Under the pieces are notes generated by a model. That model searched no databases. It was not told where the DNA came from and saw nothing but the letters and a program-made list of their open reading frames with translations. From Comamonadaceae bacterium (GTDB lineage: Bacteria; Pseudomonadota; Gammaproteobacteria; Burkholderiales; Burkholderiaceae_C), in NCBI GenBank assembly GCA_009996515.1, contig JAACZV010000007.1, forward strand, positions 10,482 through 74,481: 64,000 nucleotides of DNA. Direction: 5' to 3'. Position 1 is the first letter of the stretch, and every line of letters begins with the position of its first letter. Shown one piece after another: positions 53,581 to 63,621 of this stretch. The position numbers were made by a program, and so were the translations under genes.

Positions 53581-54897
53581 CTAGCGAGGCGGGTCCGAGC
53601 GCGCTTCGCCCGCGGCCCTGCCCTTGCACAGAGCCCCCTCGGCCTGCCAATCGAACTGCGCCCGCAGCCGACGCACCGTCGGATGGGCCGCGAGCAGGTG
53701 CAGCGGCGAGTTCAGCAGCAGCGGCAGCAGGCCGCTGCGCGCCTCGAAACCGGCCTCGATCAGGCCTACGGCCCGTTCCAGCTGGCCCAGCAGCATCAGC
53801 GCCGGCGCGAGCAGCGCATGGCTGGCTGCCGCGGGTTGATCCGCCGCGAGCGTGGCTTCTATCAGGGCTTGCGCCTGCCCGGCCTCGCCGCTGCTCGCCA
53901 GCACAAAGGGCAACGTGGCGCGCACATAGCAGGGCGTGTCGGCCCTCGCCAGCAGCTCCCGAGTGGGCGCCACCAGCTCCGGACCGGGTCTGCTGCGGGC
54001 CCGCAGCAGCAGGTGCTGGCCGATCGCGATGGGGCTGTCTGGATGATCCAGCTCGGCCCGCTGGGCCTCACACAGCGCCGCACCGGACTGGCCGGCAAAG
54101 TCCAGTGCACGCGACAGCATCACGCGTGGGAACACGGCATAGGGCCGCAGCGCCGTCGCCCGGCGCATCACGTCCACCGCCTCGCCGCTGCGGCCGGTGG
54201 CCAGCAGATGCCAGCCAAACAGCTGCAGCAGCTCGACGTCGTCCGGCTGCTGGCGGTAGGCGGCACGGAACAGCGGCTCGGCCGCGTCGAAGCGCCAGTC
54301 CACCGCGGCCAGCCAGGCGCGCGCCACGCTCATGCCGCTGGCGCGACCATCCAGGCGCTCCGCGGCGTCCAGTTCGGCCCGGGCCTCGGCCGCCGTCACG
54401 CCCAGCTGGACTGCCATGCCCCAGCCAATCGCCGCGCCCATGGTGGCGGCCAACGACACACGGGCCGGCGCGTAGCCGGGGTAGGCAGCCACGATGGAGC
54501 GCAGCAGGATCAGCGCGCGGCACAGCGTGCGCGGCGTGCCCTGCTGGGCCAGCTCCCAGGCATGCAGATAGGCCTCGACCACATCCGGTGGCGCCTTCAC
54601 GACCGCCTGCATGCGGCTGTGCACCGCCGACTCGGGCTGGACCAGCCGGTAGCCGAAACCGTAGATGGCCTCGATCCTGACCCCGGGCAGCGCGCGGCGC
54701 AGCTGGCTGATGCAGCGCGTCAGGCTGTCATCGGACACGGCCAGCCCCTGCCAGGCATGCTCGACCAACTCGGCCTTGCTGACCGGCCCGGGCTGGGCCT
54801 GGATCATGCGGGCCAGCACGGCCCTTTCCTTCGGGGGCAAGAAGAGTGGCGCGTCCTGCCAGGTGGGCAGGCCGTCGGCCGTCAGATCCAGGGTCAT
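53581..54897 (-). CDS. Winged-helix (OmpR/CadC-type) DNA-binding protein with a TPR-like helical C-terminus
   Basis: LPPKERAVLARM...VSKAELVEHAW...SDDSLTRCISQLRRAL...IEAIYGFGYRL, followed by Ala-rich helical repeats. Confidence 0.82.
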   Translation of the reverse strand: MTLDLTADGLPTWQDAPLFLPPKERAVLARMIQAQPGPVSKAELVEHAWQGLAVSDDSLTRCISQLRRALPGVRIEAIYGFGYRLVQPESAVHSRMQAVVKAPPDVVEAYLHAWELAQQGTPRTLCRALILLRSIVAAYPGYAPARVSLAATMGAAIGWGMAVQLGVTAAEARAELDAAERLDGRASGMSVARAWLAAVDWRFDAAEPLFRAAYRQQPDDVELLQLFGWHLLATGRSGEAVDVMRRATALRPYAVFPRVMLSRALDFAGQSGAALCEAQRAELDHPDSPIAIGQHLLLRARSRPGPELVAPTRELLARADTPCYVRATLPFVLASSGEAGQAQALIEATLAADQPAAASHALLAPALMLLGQLERAVGLIEAGFEARSGLLPLLLNSPLHLLAAHPTVRRLRAQFDWQAEGALCKGRAAGEARSDPPR

Positions 54898-55012
54898 GGC
54901 GCGTGGTCATCCGCAGCCGCATTCTGCGTCCGCCCGGGCACGTGACGGATGAATCCAACGCCGGCATGGCGGCGCCGCTGCGGCCCGGACCAGCCCGCGA
55001 AGGCAGCCGCCT

Positions 55013-56578
55013 TCACGCCCCGGCGCGGGCCGGGTCGATGCGGAACACCGACACCGCCGTGCTCAGCAGCTGGGCCTGCTGGTTCAGGCTGTCGGCGGCG
55101 GCCGCGCTCTCCTCGACCAGCGCGGCGTTCTGCTGCGTGACCTGGTCCAGCTGCTGGATGGCGTCGCCCACCTGGCCTATGCCCTGCGACTGCTCGTGGC
55201 TGGCCGCGCCGATCTCGCCCATCAGGTCGCTGACGCGCCGCACCTGGGCCAGCAGCTCGTTCATGGTCTGGCCGGCCTCGTCGACCAGGCTGCTGCCCTG
55301 CTCCACGGTCTCGACGCTCTGGCCGATCAGCACCTTGATCTCCTTGGCCGCGTCGGCCGAGCGGCTGGCCAGCGCGCGCACTTCCGAGGCCACCACCGCG
55401 AAGCCCCGCCCCTGCTCGCCGGCGCGCGCCGCCTCGACGGCCGCGTTCAGCGCCAGGATGTTGGTCTGGAAGGCGATGCCGTCGATGACGCCGATGATGT
55501 CGCCGATCTTCCTGGAGCTGTCCGACACCCGGCCCATCATCTCGACCACCTGCCCCACCACCTCGCCGCCCTTGGACGCCACCGTCGACGCGGTCGCGGA
55601 CAGCTGCGTGGCCTGGCGCGCGGTATCGGCGTTCTGCTGCACGGTGACGGTGAGCTGCTCCATGGAGGCGGCGGTCTGCTGCAGATTGGAGGCCTGCTCC
55701 TCGGTGCGCTGCGACAGGTCGGCGTTGCCGGTCGCGATCTGCGACGCACCGGTGCCTATGGAGTCCGAGCTGGCGCGCACGCGCTCGATGAGCCGAGTCA
55801 GGCTGCCGGTCATGTCCTGCAGCGCCTGCATGAGCTGGCCGGTCTCGTCGCGGCCGCCCACGGCGATGGGGTGGGTCAGGTCGCCAGCGGCGACGCTGCG
55901 CGCCACCTCGACGGCGCGCTGCAGCGCACGCGAGATCAGGCGGGCCACGCCCAGCGCCAGCGCCAGGCCCAGCGCCACGCAGGCCAGGATCATGCCGATG
56001 ACCCAGCCGCGCGCGCTGGCATAGAGCGCATCGCCCAGGCGGTTGGCCTCGTCGGCGCCGGCCTCGTTGACCTCCACGATCTGCTGGATGCGCTCCTCCA
56101 TGGCGTTGTAGTTGTCACGCGCGGAACCGCGCAACAGCGCCATCGCCTCCTCGTTCTTGAGCGCGCTGGACAGCGCCAGCACCCGGCCATGCTCGGCCAT
56201 GTAGGCGTCCAGCAGCCGGGAGAACTCGGCATAGGCTTTTTTCTCGCCGGGCTCGGACAGCCGGGCCTCGTAGGCCTTGCGATCCTCGGCGAGCTTGGCG
56301 GTCAGGCCGGTCATCGCATCCTCGTAGCGCTTCTTCAGCGGCGCCTCGTCGGCCAGCACATGCTGCAGCGAGTAGGAGCGGATGCGGGCGATGCCGTAGC
56401 GGATGTCGCCCGCGCCCTTGATGGACGGCATCCAGTTCTCGGCCAGCTCGTTGGCCGTCTGGTTCACGCGCGCCAGCTGGATGATGGAGAACAGGCCGAG
56501 CCCGGTGGCCAGCAACAGCACGGCGACGAACGACACCACCAGCTTGGTGGCGATCTTCAGGTCGTAAAACCACTTCAT
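55013..56578 (-). CDS. Methyl-accepting chemotaxis protein
   Basis: Two TM helices, four-helix sensor, HAMP (GRDETGQL) and signalling hairpin [30 protein letters not shown]. Confidence 0.96.
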   Translation of the reverse strand: MKWFYDLKIATKLVVSFVAVLLLATGLGLFSIIQLARVNQTANELAENWMPSIKGAGDIRYGIARIRSYSLQHVLADEAPLKKRYEDAMTGLTAKLAEDRKAYEARLSEPGEKKAYAEFSRLLDAYMAEHGRVLALSSALKNEEAMALLRGSARDNYNAMEERIQQIVEVNEAGADEANRLGDALYASARGWVIGMILACVALGLALALGVARLISRALQRAVEVARSVAAGDLTHPIAVGGRDETGQLMQALQDMTGSLTRLIERVRASSDSIGTGASQIATGNADLSQRTEEQASNLQQTAASMEQLTVTVQQNADTARQATQLSATASTVASKGGEVVGQVVEMMGRVSDSSRKIGDIIGVIDGIAFQTNILALNAAVEAARAGEQGRGFAVVASEVRALASRSADAAKEIKVLIGQSVETVEQGSSLVDEAGQTMNELLAQVRRVSDLMGEIGAASHEQSQGIGQVGDAIQQLDQVTQQNAALVEESAAAADSLNQQAQLLSTAVSVFRIDPARAGA

Positions 56579-56755
56579 GAGACAGGTCCTGGGATGGGAG
56601 GCCGCGCCACCAACCCCTGGGGGCAGCGACGGTGGCAAAGCCAACCATCCTAGGAATCCGGCCCCCCGGAGATCCTGATGAAAAGCCGATGGCGAGCCCC
56701 CCGGCGCCGGCGCCTCGTGACTTAGTGCCGAGCGCCTGCCCGGCGGCGGGCGGCC

Positions 56756-56989
56756 TCAGCCGATGCGCTCGAAGCGCGGCCGCCGCACGCCGTCCACTTC
56801 CAGCGAGCCGGTGAACATCTCGAAGGGCCGCACCCACCAGCCGCTGTCGTTGTACAGCGGCCGGTAGACGACCAGCGGCTGCAGCGTCTCGCTGTGGCGG
56901 GCGACGGCGAGCACCTCGTACTCGCCGCCCTTGTAGTGGCGGTAGCGGCCGGGCGCGAGGGCCGGCAGCGCGGGCAGGTTGTCGTTCAT
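56756..56989 (-). CDS. DUF1653 family protein
   Basis: GRYRHYKGGEYEV...HSET...VVYRPLY...WVRPFEMF...RF. Confidence 0.9.
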   Translation of the reverse strand: MNDNLPALPALAPGRYRHYKGGEYEVLAVARHSETLQPLVVYRPLYNDSGWWVRPFEMFTGSLEVDGVRRPRFERIG

Positions 56990-57065
56990 GCATGGATTGG
57001 AATACATGACGCGCGCCCGCCGCGCGGCACCTGGAGAGAATGCGCCCTCCAACGCAGGACAGCCC

Positions 57066-58100
57066 ATGACGACCTCACGCCGCCAACTTCTGCAACTCGG
57101 CACCGGCGCCGGCCTGCTGGCCGCCGCCCGCCCGGCCGCCGCCGCCAGCGGCGCGCTGCTGGCCCCGCGGCTGCGCCCCGGCGACACGCTGGGCCTGGTC
57201 AGCCCGGCCAACGCGACCTTCGAGCGCGAGCCGCTGAAGATCGCCACCGAGTCGCTGCAGGCGCTGGGCTTCAAGGTCAAGCACGGTGCCAACGTCGCCG
57301 CGCGCCGCGGCCCCTTCGCCGGCACGGATGCCCAGCGCGCCGCCGACGTGAACGCGATGTTCGCCGACGACTCGGTGGCCGGCATCATCGCGATGACCGG
57401 CGGCTCGGGCTGCAACCGCATCGTCGACAGGCTGGACTACGAGCTGATCCGCCGCAAGCCGAAGTTCTTCGGCGGCTTCAGCGACCTGACCAGCCTGGTC
57501 AACGCCATCCACCGCCAGACCGGCCTGGTCGCCTTCCACAGCCCGGTGGCCGTGTCGGAATGGAACGACTACTCGGTGCAGAGCTTCAAGGCCATCGTCA
57601 TGAATGCCGAGGCCGCCCTGCTGCGCAACCCGGTGGTGAAGCCGGCCGACGACCTGGTCGTGCGCGAGGAGCGCATCTCGACGATACGCGGCGGCAAGGC
57701 CCAGGGCCGGCTGGTGGGCGGCAACCTGACGGTGCTGGCCTCGCTGGCCGGCACGCCTTATTTCCCCGACTGCCGCGGCGCCCTGCTCTTCCTCGAGGAC
57801 ATCAACGAGTACATCTACCGCATCGACCGCTGCCTCTCCACGCTGCGCCTGACCGGCGCGCTGAGCCAGCTGGCCGGCGTGGTGCTGGGCCGCTTCACCA
57901 AGTGCGAGCCGGGCGACGGCTACGGCGCGCTGACGCTGGACGAGGTCTTCGACGACTACTTCCTGCCGCTCGACATCCCCGTCTACCGCGGCGCGGCCAT
58001 CGGCCACATCAGGCGCAAGCTGACGGTGCCGGTGGGCGCCATGGCCGAGATGGACGCCGACGCCGGCACCATCCGGCTGCTGGCGCCGGCGGTCGCCTAG
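57066..58100 (+). CDS. LD-carboxypeptidase (S66) with a Tat-like signal
   Basis: SRRQLL twin-arginine start; GGFSDLT (Ser), GGNLTVL, LFLEDINE (Glu), IGH (His). Confidence 0.9.
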   Translation: MTTSRRQLLQLGTGAGLLAAARPAAAASGALLAPRLRPGDTLGLVSPANATFEREPLKIATESLQALGFKVKHGANVAARRGPFAGTDAQRAADVNAMFADDSVAGIIAMTGGSGCNRIVDRLDYELIRRKPKFFGGFSDLTSLVNAIHRQTGLVAFHSPVAVSEWNDYSVQSFKAIVMNAEAALLRNPVVKPADDLVVREERISTIRGGKAQGRLVGGNLTVLASLAGTPYFPDCRGALLFLEDINEYIYRIDRCLSTLRLTGALSQLAGVVLGRFTKCEPGDGYGALTLDEVFDDYFLPLDIPVYRGAAIGHIRRKLTVPVGAMAEMDADAGTIRLLAPAVA

Positions 58101-58119
58101 CGTCCCGCCGCAGCGGGCC

Positions 58120-58986
58120 CTAGACCGGGCCCAGCACGCGCATGGAGTAGTCCACCGCGCGCACGTCCTTGGTCAGCCGGCCGATGGAGATGCGGTCCAC
58201 GCCGGTGGCGGCGATCCAGCGCAGCTGCTCCAGCGCCACGCCGCCCGACACCTCCAGCAGCGCGCGGCCGGCGTTGCGGGCCACGGCCTCGCGCATCATG
58301 GCCTCGTCGAAGTTGTCCAGCAGCACGCTGACCGCGCCGGCCGCCAGCGCCTCGTCCAGCTGCGCCAGCGTCTCGACCTCGATCTGGATGTCCACGCCCG
58401 ACTGCAGCGCCTGGGCCGCGCGCAGCGCCGAGCCCACGCCGCCGGCCGCGGCGATGTGGTTTTCCTTGATGAGGATGCCGGCGTACAGCGCCAGCCGCTG
58501 GTTCTGGCCGCCGCCCACGCGCACCGCGTACTTCTGCGCCAGGCGCAGGCCCGGCAGGGTCTTGCGCGTGTCGAGGATGGCGCAGCCGCGCGGATTGGGG
58601 CTGGCGCCCGCCACCGCATCCACATGGGCGCGCGTGAGCGTCGCCGTGGCCGACAGCAGCTGCAGGAAGTTCAGCGCCGAGCGCTCCGCGCTCAGCAGCG
58701 CGCGGCCGTCGGCCTCGATGCGGCAGACGATGCTGTCCGCCGTCATCGCCGCGCCCTCGTCGTACAGCCAATCGATGCGGGCCGTGGCGTCCAGCGCGGC
58801 GAACACGCCGTCGAACCAGTCACGGCCGCACAGCACGGCCGCCTCGCGCACCTTCACCTGCGCGGCCACGCGCCGGCCCGCGGGCACCAGCAGGGCCGTC
58901 CAGTCGCAATGGCCGATGTCCTCGGCCAGCGCCTCGTGGATGTTGCGCGCGCGCGCCTGGGCCAGCGTCTCTTCGGCAGAAAACAT
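58120..58986 (-). CDS. nadC: Nicotinate-nucleotide diphosphorylase (quinolinate phosphoribosyltransferase)
   Basis: ALAEDIG, ERSALNFLQ, LDTRKTLPGLR, LIKENH, VLLDN, EVSGGV. Confidence 0.95.
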   Translation of the reverse strand: MFSAEETLAQARARNIHEALAEDIGHCDWTALLVPAGRRVAAQVKVREAAVLCGRDWFDGVFAALDATARIDWLYDEGAAMTADSIVCRIEADGRALLSAERSALNFLQLLSATATLTRAHVDAVAGASPNPRGCAILDTRKTLPGLRLAQKYAVRVGGGQNQRLALYAGILIKENHIAAAGGVGSALRAAQALQSGVDIQIEVETLAQLDEALAAGAVSVLLDNFDEAMMREAVARNAGRALLEVSGGVALEQLRWIAATGVDRISIGRLTKDVRAVDYSMRVLGPV

Positions 58987-58991
58987 CGCGC

Positions 58992-59690
58992 TCACTCCGC
59001 GGGGCCCACGGTCAGCCGGATCTCGCCCAGCCCCTCGATGCGGCCCTCCAGCACATCACCCGGCACGACCGCGCCGACACCGGCCGGCGTGCCCGTGTAG
59101 ATCAGGTCGCCGGGGTGCAGGTGGTAGAGCTGGGACAGGTTGGAGACGATCTCGGCGGGGTTCCAGATCATGTCGGCCAGGTCGCCGTGCTGCTTCTCGA
59201 CGCCGTTGACGGCCAGCGTGATGGCGCCCTTGTCGAGCCGGCCGATGTCGGCCACGCGCACGATCTCGCCCAGGATGGCCGACTGGTCGAAGCCCTTGGC
59301 CGTGTCCCAGGGCTTGCCCGCCGCCTTGGCCGAGGCCTGCAGGTCGCGGCGCGTCATGTCCAGGCCCGGGGCATAGCCCCAGATCGCGGCCAGCGCCGCC
59401 TCGGGCGTGACCTTGAACACCGGCGCGCCCAGCGCCAGCACCAGCTCCATCTCGTAGTGGTAGTTCCGGGTCTCGGTCGGGTAGGGCACGGTCGCGCCCG
59501 AGGGAGTCAACGCATGGGCTGGTTTCGTGAAGTAAAACGGCGGCTCGCGTGTCGGATCAGCGCCCATCTCGCGGGCATGATCGGCATAGTTGCGGCCGAC
59601 GCAGAAGATGCGTCGCACCGCGTAACGGGCCGCGGTACCACGCACCGCGGCGCTGGGAATCTCGGCCGGAGGAAAGACGAAATTGCTCAT
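58992..59690 (-). CDS. Fumarylacetoacetate hydrolase family protein
   Basis: IFCVGRNYADHAREMG, YFTKP, HYEMELV, DMTRRDLQ, WDTAKGFD, YTGTPAGVG. Confidence 0.93.
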   Translation of the reverse strand: MSNFVFPPAEIPSAAVRGTAARYAVRRIFCVGRNYADHAREMGADPTREPPFYFTKPAHALTPSGATVPYPTETRNYHYEMELVLALGAPVFKVTPEAALAAIWGYAPGLDMTRRDLQASAKAAGKPWDTAKGFDQSAILGEIVRVADIGRLDKGAITLAVNGVEKQHGDLADMIWNPAEIVSNLSQLYHLHPGDLIYTGTPAGVGAVVPGDVLEGRIEGLGEIRLTVGPAE

Positions 59691-60597
59691 GGCATGGCAT
59701 AGCCGATGGGGACAGACCGCACAGCATACTGGGCTGGCCTTGCTGCTGCTGGCGCTGGCGCTGTTGACCGGCTGCGCGACGCGCTCGGGCGGCGGCGGCA
59801 CCCCCACCAGCAGCGAGCGCGACGGCCCCGAACGCAAGCCGCCCCCCAACCTCGCCGGCGTGCCCGACGCCGTGCCGCGCCTGGACCCCATACGCATCGG
59901 CGGCCCCAACAAGCCCTACGAGGTGCTGGGCGAGCGCTACGAGCCGCTGAAGGGCGACGTGGTCTACGCCGAGAAAGGCCTGGCGTCCTGGTACGGCAAG
60001 AAGTTCCACGGCCGGCCCACGGCCAGCGGCGAGGTCTACAACATGTACGCGATGACGGCCGCCCACGCCACGCTGCCCATCCCCAGCTATGCCCGCGTGC
60101 GCAACCCGCGCAACGGCCGCGAGGTCATCGTCCGCATCAACGACCGCGGCCCCTTCCACAAGGGCCGCCTCATCGACCTCAGCTACACGGCGGCGCTGAA
60201 GCTGGACGTGCTGCACGGCGTGTCGCCGGTGGAGGTGAGGCGCATCACCCATGCCGAGATCCGCGCCGGCAACTGGGGCCGGCCGGACGGCGAACCCCTG
60301 TTCGCGCCGGACACGCCGCCCGGCGCGCCGCTGCGCGAGACCACGCCGGGCGCCGCCGAGGCCGGCATCTACTGGCTGCAGTTCGGCAGCTTCACCCGGC
60401 TGGACGGCGCCGAGGGCCTGCGCCAGCGCGTGGCCGAGGCCGACCTGGGCCTGCTGCCGCTGCTGACCATCGTGCGCGAGGCGGGCCGCCACCATCTGCG
60501 CGCCGGGCCCTTCCCCAGCCTGGAGGAGGCGCGCGCGACGGCCGCACGGCTGCGCGCCGAGGGCGGCTTCGACAGCAGCCTGGTGGAGAGGCGCTGA
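59689..60597 (+). CDS. rlpA: Septal ring lytic transglycosylase RlpA with SPOR domain
   Basis: Lipobox LLTGC; GLASWYG, MTAAHATLP, VRINDRGPF, IDLSY; C-terminal SPOR (WLQFGSF). True start uncertain and may be further downstream. Confidence 0.9.
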   Translation: MAWHSRWGQTAQHTGLALLLLALALLTGCATRSGGGGTPTSSERDGPERKPPPNLAGVPDAVPRLDPIRIGGPNKPYEVLGERYEPLKGDVVYAEKGLASWYGKKFHGRPTASGEVYNMYAMTAAHATLPIPSYARVRNPRNGREVIVRINDRGPFHKGRLIDLSYTAALKLDVLHGVSPVEVRRITHAEIRAGNWGRPDGEPLFAPDTPPGAPLRETTPGAAEAGIYWLQFGSFTRLDGAEGLRQRVAEADLGLLPLLTIVREAGRHHLRAGPFPSLEEARATAARLRAEGGFDSSLVERR

Positions 60598-60606
60598 GGC
60601 GCGGCC

Positions 60607-61347
60607 TCAGCGCCCGCCCGCCACGTCCAGCAGCGCGCCCACCGTGTAGCTGGCCGCGTCGCTGAGCAGCCAGACGATGGCCTCGGCCACCTCCTCGGCG
60701 CGGCCCAGGCGCTGGATGGGAATGGTGTCGGCGGCCGCGGCCGCATCCAGGCCGCTGGCGGCGTGGATGTCGGTCTCGATGATGCCGGGCCGCACGCCGT
60801 TGACGCGTATGCCCTCGGCGATCAGCTCGCGGGCCAGCCCCTTGGTCAGCGTATCGACGGCGCCCTTGGTGGCCGCGTAGTCCACATAGATGCCGGCCGA
60901 GCCGAACTCGGCGGCGCGCGAGCTGAGGTTGACGATGGCGCCGCCCGCGCCGCCCTGCGCCCGGCTCATGCGCCGCGCCGCCTGCTGGCAGCACAGCAGC
61001 GTGCCCAGCACGTTGACGTCGAACAGGCGGCGCCAGCGCGCCATGTCCATGTCCTGCAGCCGCGCGGCCGGCGCCACGATGCCGGCGTTGTTGACCAGGC
61101 CGACGAGCCGCCCGCCCGCCGCGTCCAGGCGCTCGAACAGGGCCGCCACCTGGGCCGGGTCGGCCACGTCGGCCTGCAGGCACAGCGCGCGCCGGCCCAG
61201 CGCCTGCACGCGCGCCGCCAGCGCGTCGGCCGCGGCGCCGTCGCGGGCGTAGTTGATGGCCACGTCCCAGCCCGCCGCGGCGCAGCGCAGCGCCGTCGCG
61301 GCGCCGATGCCGCGCGAGCCCCCGGTGATCAGGATCCATGTGCTCAT
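60607..61347 (-). CDS. SDR family oxidoreductase
   Basis: ITGGSRGIG, LVNNAG, YAATKGA (YxxxK), VRPGII. Confidence 0.93.
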   Translation of the reverse strand: MSTWILITGGSRGIGAATALRCAAAGWDVAINYARDGAAADALAARVQALGRRALCLQADVADPAQVAALFERLDAAGGRLVGLVNNAGIVAPAARLQDMDMARWRRLFDVNVLGTLLCCQQAARRMSRAQGGAGGAIVNLSSRAAEFGSAGIYVDYAATKGAVDTLTKGLARELIAEGIRVNGVRPGIIETDIHAASGLDAAAAADTIPIQRLGRAEEVAEAIVWLLSDAASYTVGALLDVAGGR

Positions 61348-61406
61348 GCGCCGCATTGTGGCGGCGGCGCGCCCGCGCGAAGATCGCCGCCACCGCCCCT
61401 GCCACC

Positions 61407-61886
61407 ATGACCACTGACCCGCTGCCCCTGCTGCTGGACTTCCTCACCGGCATAGGCCTGGACGTGCGCGAGGGCGAGGTGCCGGCCGACAGCTTCCTGC
61501 CCGGGCTGCGCCTGGTGGCCGGCACGCTGGTCGTCGACCGCGCGGCGCTGCGCTGGCCCGGCGACCTGCTGCACGAGGCCGGCCATGTCGCGACGACGCC
61601 GGCCGCGCTGCGCGCGACGCTGGATGACCGGCTGGCCGATGACCCGACCGTCGCCCACCGTGGCGAGGCCGAGGCCAGTGCCTGGGCCTGGGCCGCGCTG
61701 ACCCGGCTGGGCCTGCCGGCCGAGCTGCTGTTCCACGCCGGCGGCTACCACGGCCATGCGGCCGGCCTGGCGCTGACCTATGCGATGGGCGTCTACCCCG
61801 GCGCCGCCGGCCTGGCCAGCGCCGGCATGACCCGGCTGGGCGGCGCGGACGGCTATCCGCGCATGCTGCGCTGGCTGCGCGACTAG
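61407..61886 (+). CDS. Hypothetical protein with an HExxH motif
   Basis: 159 aa: SFLPGL...WPGDLLHEAGHVA...GEAEASAWAWAA...YPRMLRWLR. Confidence 0.72.
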   Translation: MTTDPLPLLLDFLTGIGLDVREGEVPADSFLPGLRLVAGTLVVDRAALRWPGDLLHEAGHVATTPAALRATLDDRLADDPTVAHRGEAEASAWAWAALTRLGLPAELLFHAGGYHGHAAGLALTYAMGVYPGAAGLASAGMTRLGGADGYPRMLRWLRD

Positions 61887-61965
61887 GGCCTGGCTTGCAG
61901 CGGGCTTGCGGCCGGTTGCGTCGGCCGGGTTCACACTGCGACATCCCATCAGCCTCGCCATCGCC

Positions 61966-62568
61966 ATGGACCTCGACCCCAAGGAACTCGTGGACCGCGC
62001 CGCCGAAGCCCGCCGGGAAGCCAGCGCCGCGCGCCTGAATGCGGCCGTCGCCGTGACGGTGGCCGTGCTCGCGACCTTCATGGGCATCTGCAAGGTCAAG
62101 GACGACAACATCGTCCAGGCCATGCAGCAGGCCCAGGCCGACAAGCTGGACCACTGGGCCTTCTACCAGGCGCGCAATGTGCGCGCCGACGTGGCCGAGG
62201 CCACGGCCGCCCAGCTCGAACTGGCCCGGGCCGGCGCCGCGCCGGCGCAGGCCGCGGCCTACGACCAGGCCATTGCCACCTACCGCGCCAAGGCCGAGGA
62301 GCAGCGCCGCAAGCGCGACGAGCTCAAGGCCCAGGCCGAGGCGGCCCAGCGCAGCTATGACGCGCTGAACTACCGCGACGACCAGTTCGACCTGTCCGAC
62401 GCGCTGCTGGCCATCGCGATCGCGCTGCTGGCCGTCACGGCGCTGACCCGGCTCTGGCCGCTGTACTACGTGGCGCTGCTGCCGACCTTCTTTGGCCTGC
62501 TGATGGGCGTGGCGGGACTGGCCGCCCTGCCCCTGCACCCGGACAGCCTGATCAAGCTGCTGTCCTAG
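61966..62568 (+). CDS. DUF4337 family membrane protein
   Basis: VAVTVAVLATF, DHWAFYQARNVR, FDLSDALLAIAIALLAV. Confidence 0.82.
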   Translation: MDLDPKELVDRAAEARREASAARLNAAVAVTVAVLATFMGICKVKDDNIVQAMQQAQADKLDHWAFYQARNVRADVAEATAAQLELARAGAAPAQAAAYDQAIATYRAKAEEQRRKRDELKAQAEAAQRSYDALNYRDDQFDLSDALLAIAIALLAVTALTRLWPLYYVALLPTFFGLLMGVAGLAALPLHPDSLIKLLS

Positions 62569-63470
62569 CGCTGCGGCCGGCCCGGCCCCTCGTCACGCCG
62601 GTCCCTGCCCGGCTCGCCCTGTTCCCTGCCGCGCCCGCGCTCCTGCGGCTCGGCACGCCCCGGCGGCTGGCGCTGCGACTCGTTGGGATGGACCATGGGC
62701 GGCCGTTCCGGGGCGCGCGGTGGCGCCGCCTCGCGGCGCGGCGGGCCCTCGCCGCGCGGCTGCTCCCGTTGCGGCGGCATGTCCCGGTCCGGCTCGCGCG
62801 ATGGCGGCATGCGCGGCTCATGCCGCGGCTGGGGCGGCTGGGGCGGCTGCGCCTGCCGCCGCGGCGGCTCGCCGGCGGGGCCGCGACGCTCCGGCTGCTG
62901 CTGCATGAAGTCGCGCGCCACCTCGGCACGCGGCTGGTAGCGGTAGTTGCGGGCCTGCAGGTCGGCCTGCTGCTGCGGGCCCGGGTAGCGCTCGCCCGAG
63001 TAGGCGCGCTGGTAGACCGGCAGCGGCGCCGGCTTGGGCACGGCGCTGCGGTTCCAGCGGTCCCAGTCGCGGTGGCGCTGCTCCCACTGCGGCCCCCAGT
63101 GCTGGCCCCAGCGCGGCGGGGCGCCGGGCTGCCAGCCGCGGAAATAGGCCGGCGGCGCCATGTAGTAGCGCACCGGCACGCGCAGCAGGTAGTAGGGCAC
63201 AAAGGCCGGCTGCACCAGGCTCCAGGGGCCGTTGTACCAGCTGCTCATGTACCAGTCGTCGCCGTCCAGCACCCAGTACAGGCCGTCGTAGAAGAAGAAG
63301 TTGGCGCCCAGCGCCGGCGCGTAATAGACCGGATAGCCCGGCACGACCACCATCTGCGGATAGGCACCGATGTTGATGCCTATGCTCACGCTGACGGCGG
63401 CCTGGGCGGGCGGCAGCGCCGTCGCGGCGCCAAGGAGAGAGATGCACAAGGCGATGAGTCTGCGGCGCAT
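62565..63470 (-). CDS. Secreted hypothetical protein, Tyr/Trp/Pro-rich N-domain and Pro/Arg/Gln-rich disordered tail
   Basis: Signal peptide; VPGYPVYYAP...FFYDGLYW...SSWYNGPW; low-complexity C-terminus. Confidence 0.75.
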   Translation of the reverse strand: MRRRLIALCISLLGAATALPPAQAAVSVSIGINIGAYPQMVVVPGYPVYYAPALGANFFFYDGLYWVLDGDDWYMSSWYNGPWSLVQPAFVPYYLLRVPVRYYMAPPAYFRGWQPGAPPRWGQHWGPQWEQRHRDWDRWNRSAVPKPAPLPVYQRAYSGERYPGPQQQADLQARNYRYQPRAEVARDFMQQQPERRGPAGEPPRRQAQPPQPPQPRHEPRMPPSREPDRDMPPQREQPRGEGPPRREAAPPRAPERPPMVHPNESQRQPPGRAEPQERGRGREQGEPGRDRRDEGPGRPQR

Positions 63471-63621
63471 GGCTGCCTCCTGTTGCGTGGCGGACAGCGG
63501 CCGTGCGGGCTGCGGCAGCCGCAGCGTCCGCGCCCAGCCATTCTGCCCAGCACGCCATGGCAGCGGGCGCGCAGATGTTTCCATCGGCATCGGCGCGCCG
63601 CCGCAGCCGGCGGCGCTGCCG

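Noticed and set aside
56579-56755. Sigma28 (FliA) promoter expected upstream of the MCP gene
   Set aside because: The only GCCGAT is on the wrong strand, and there is no convincing TAAA-N15-GCCGATAA on the minus strand.
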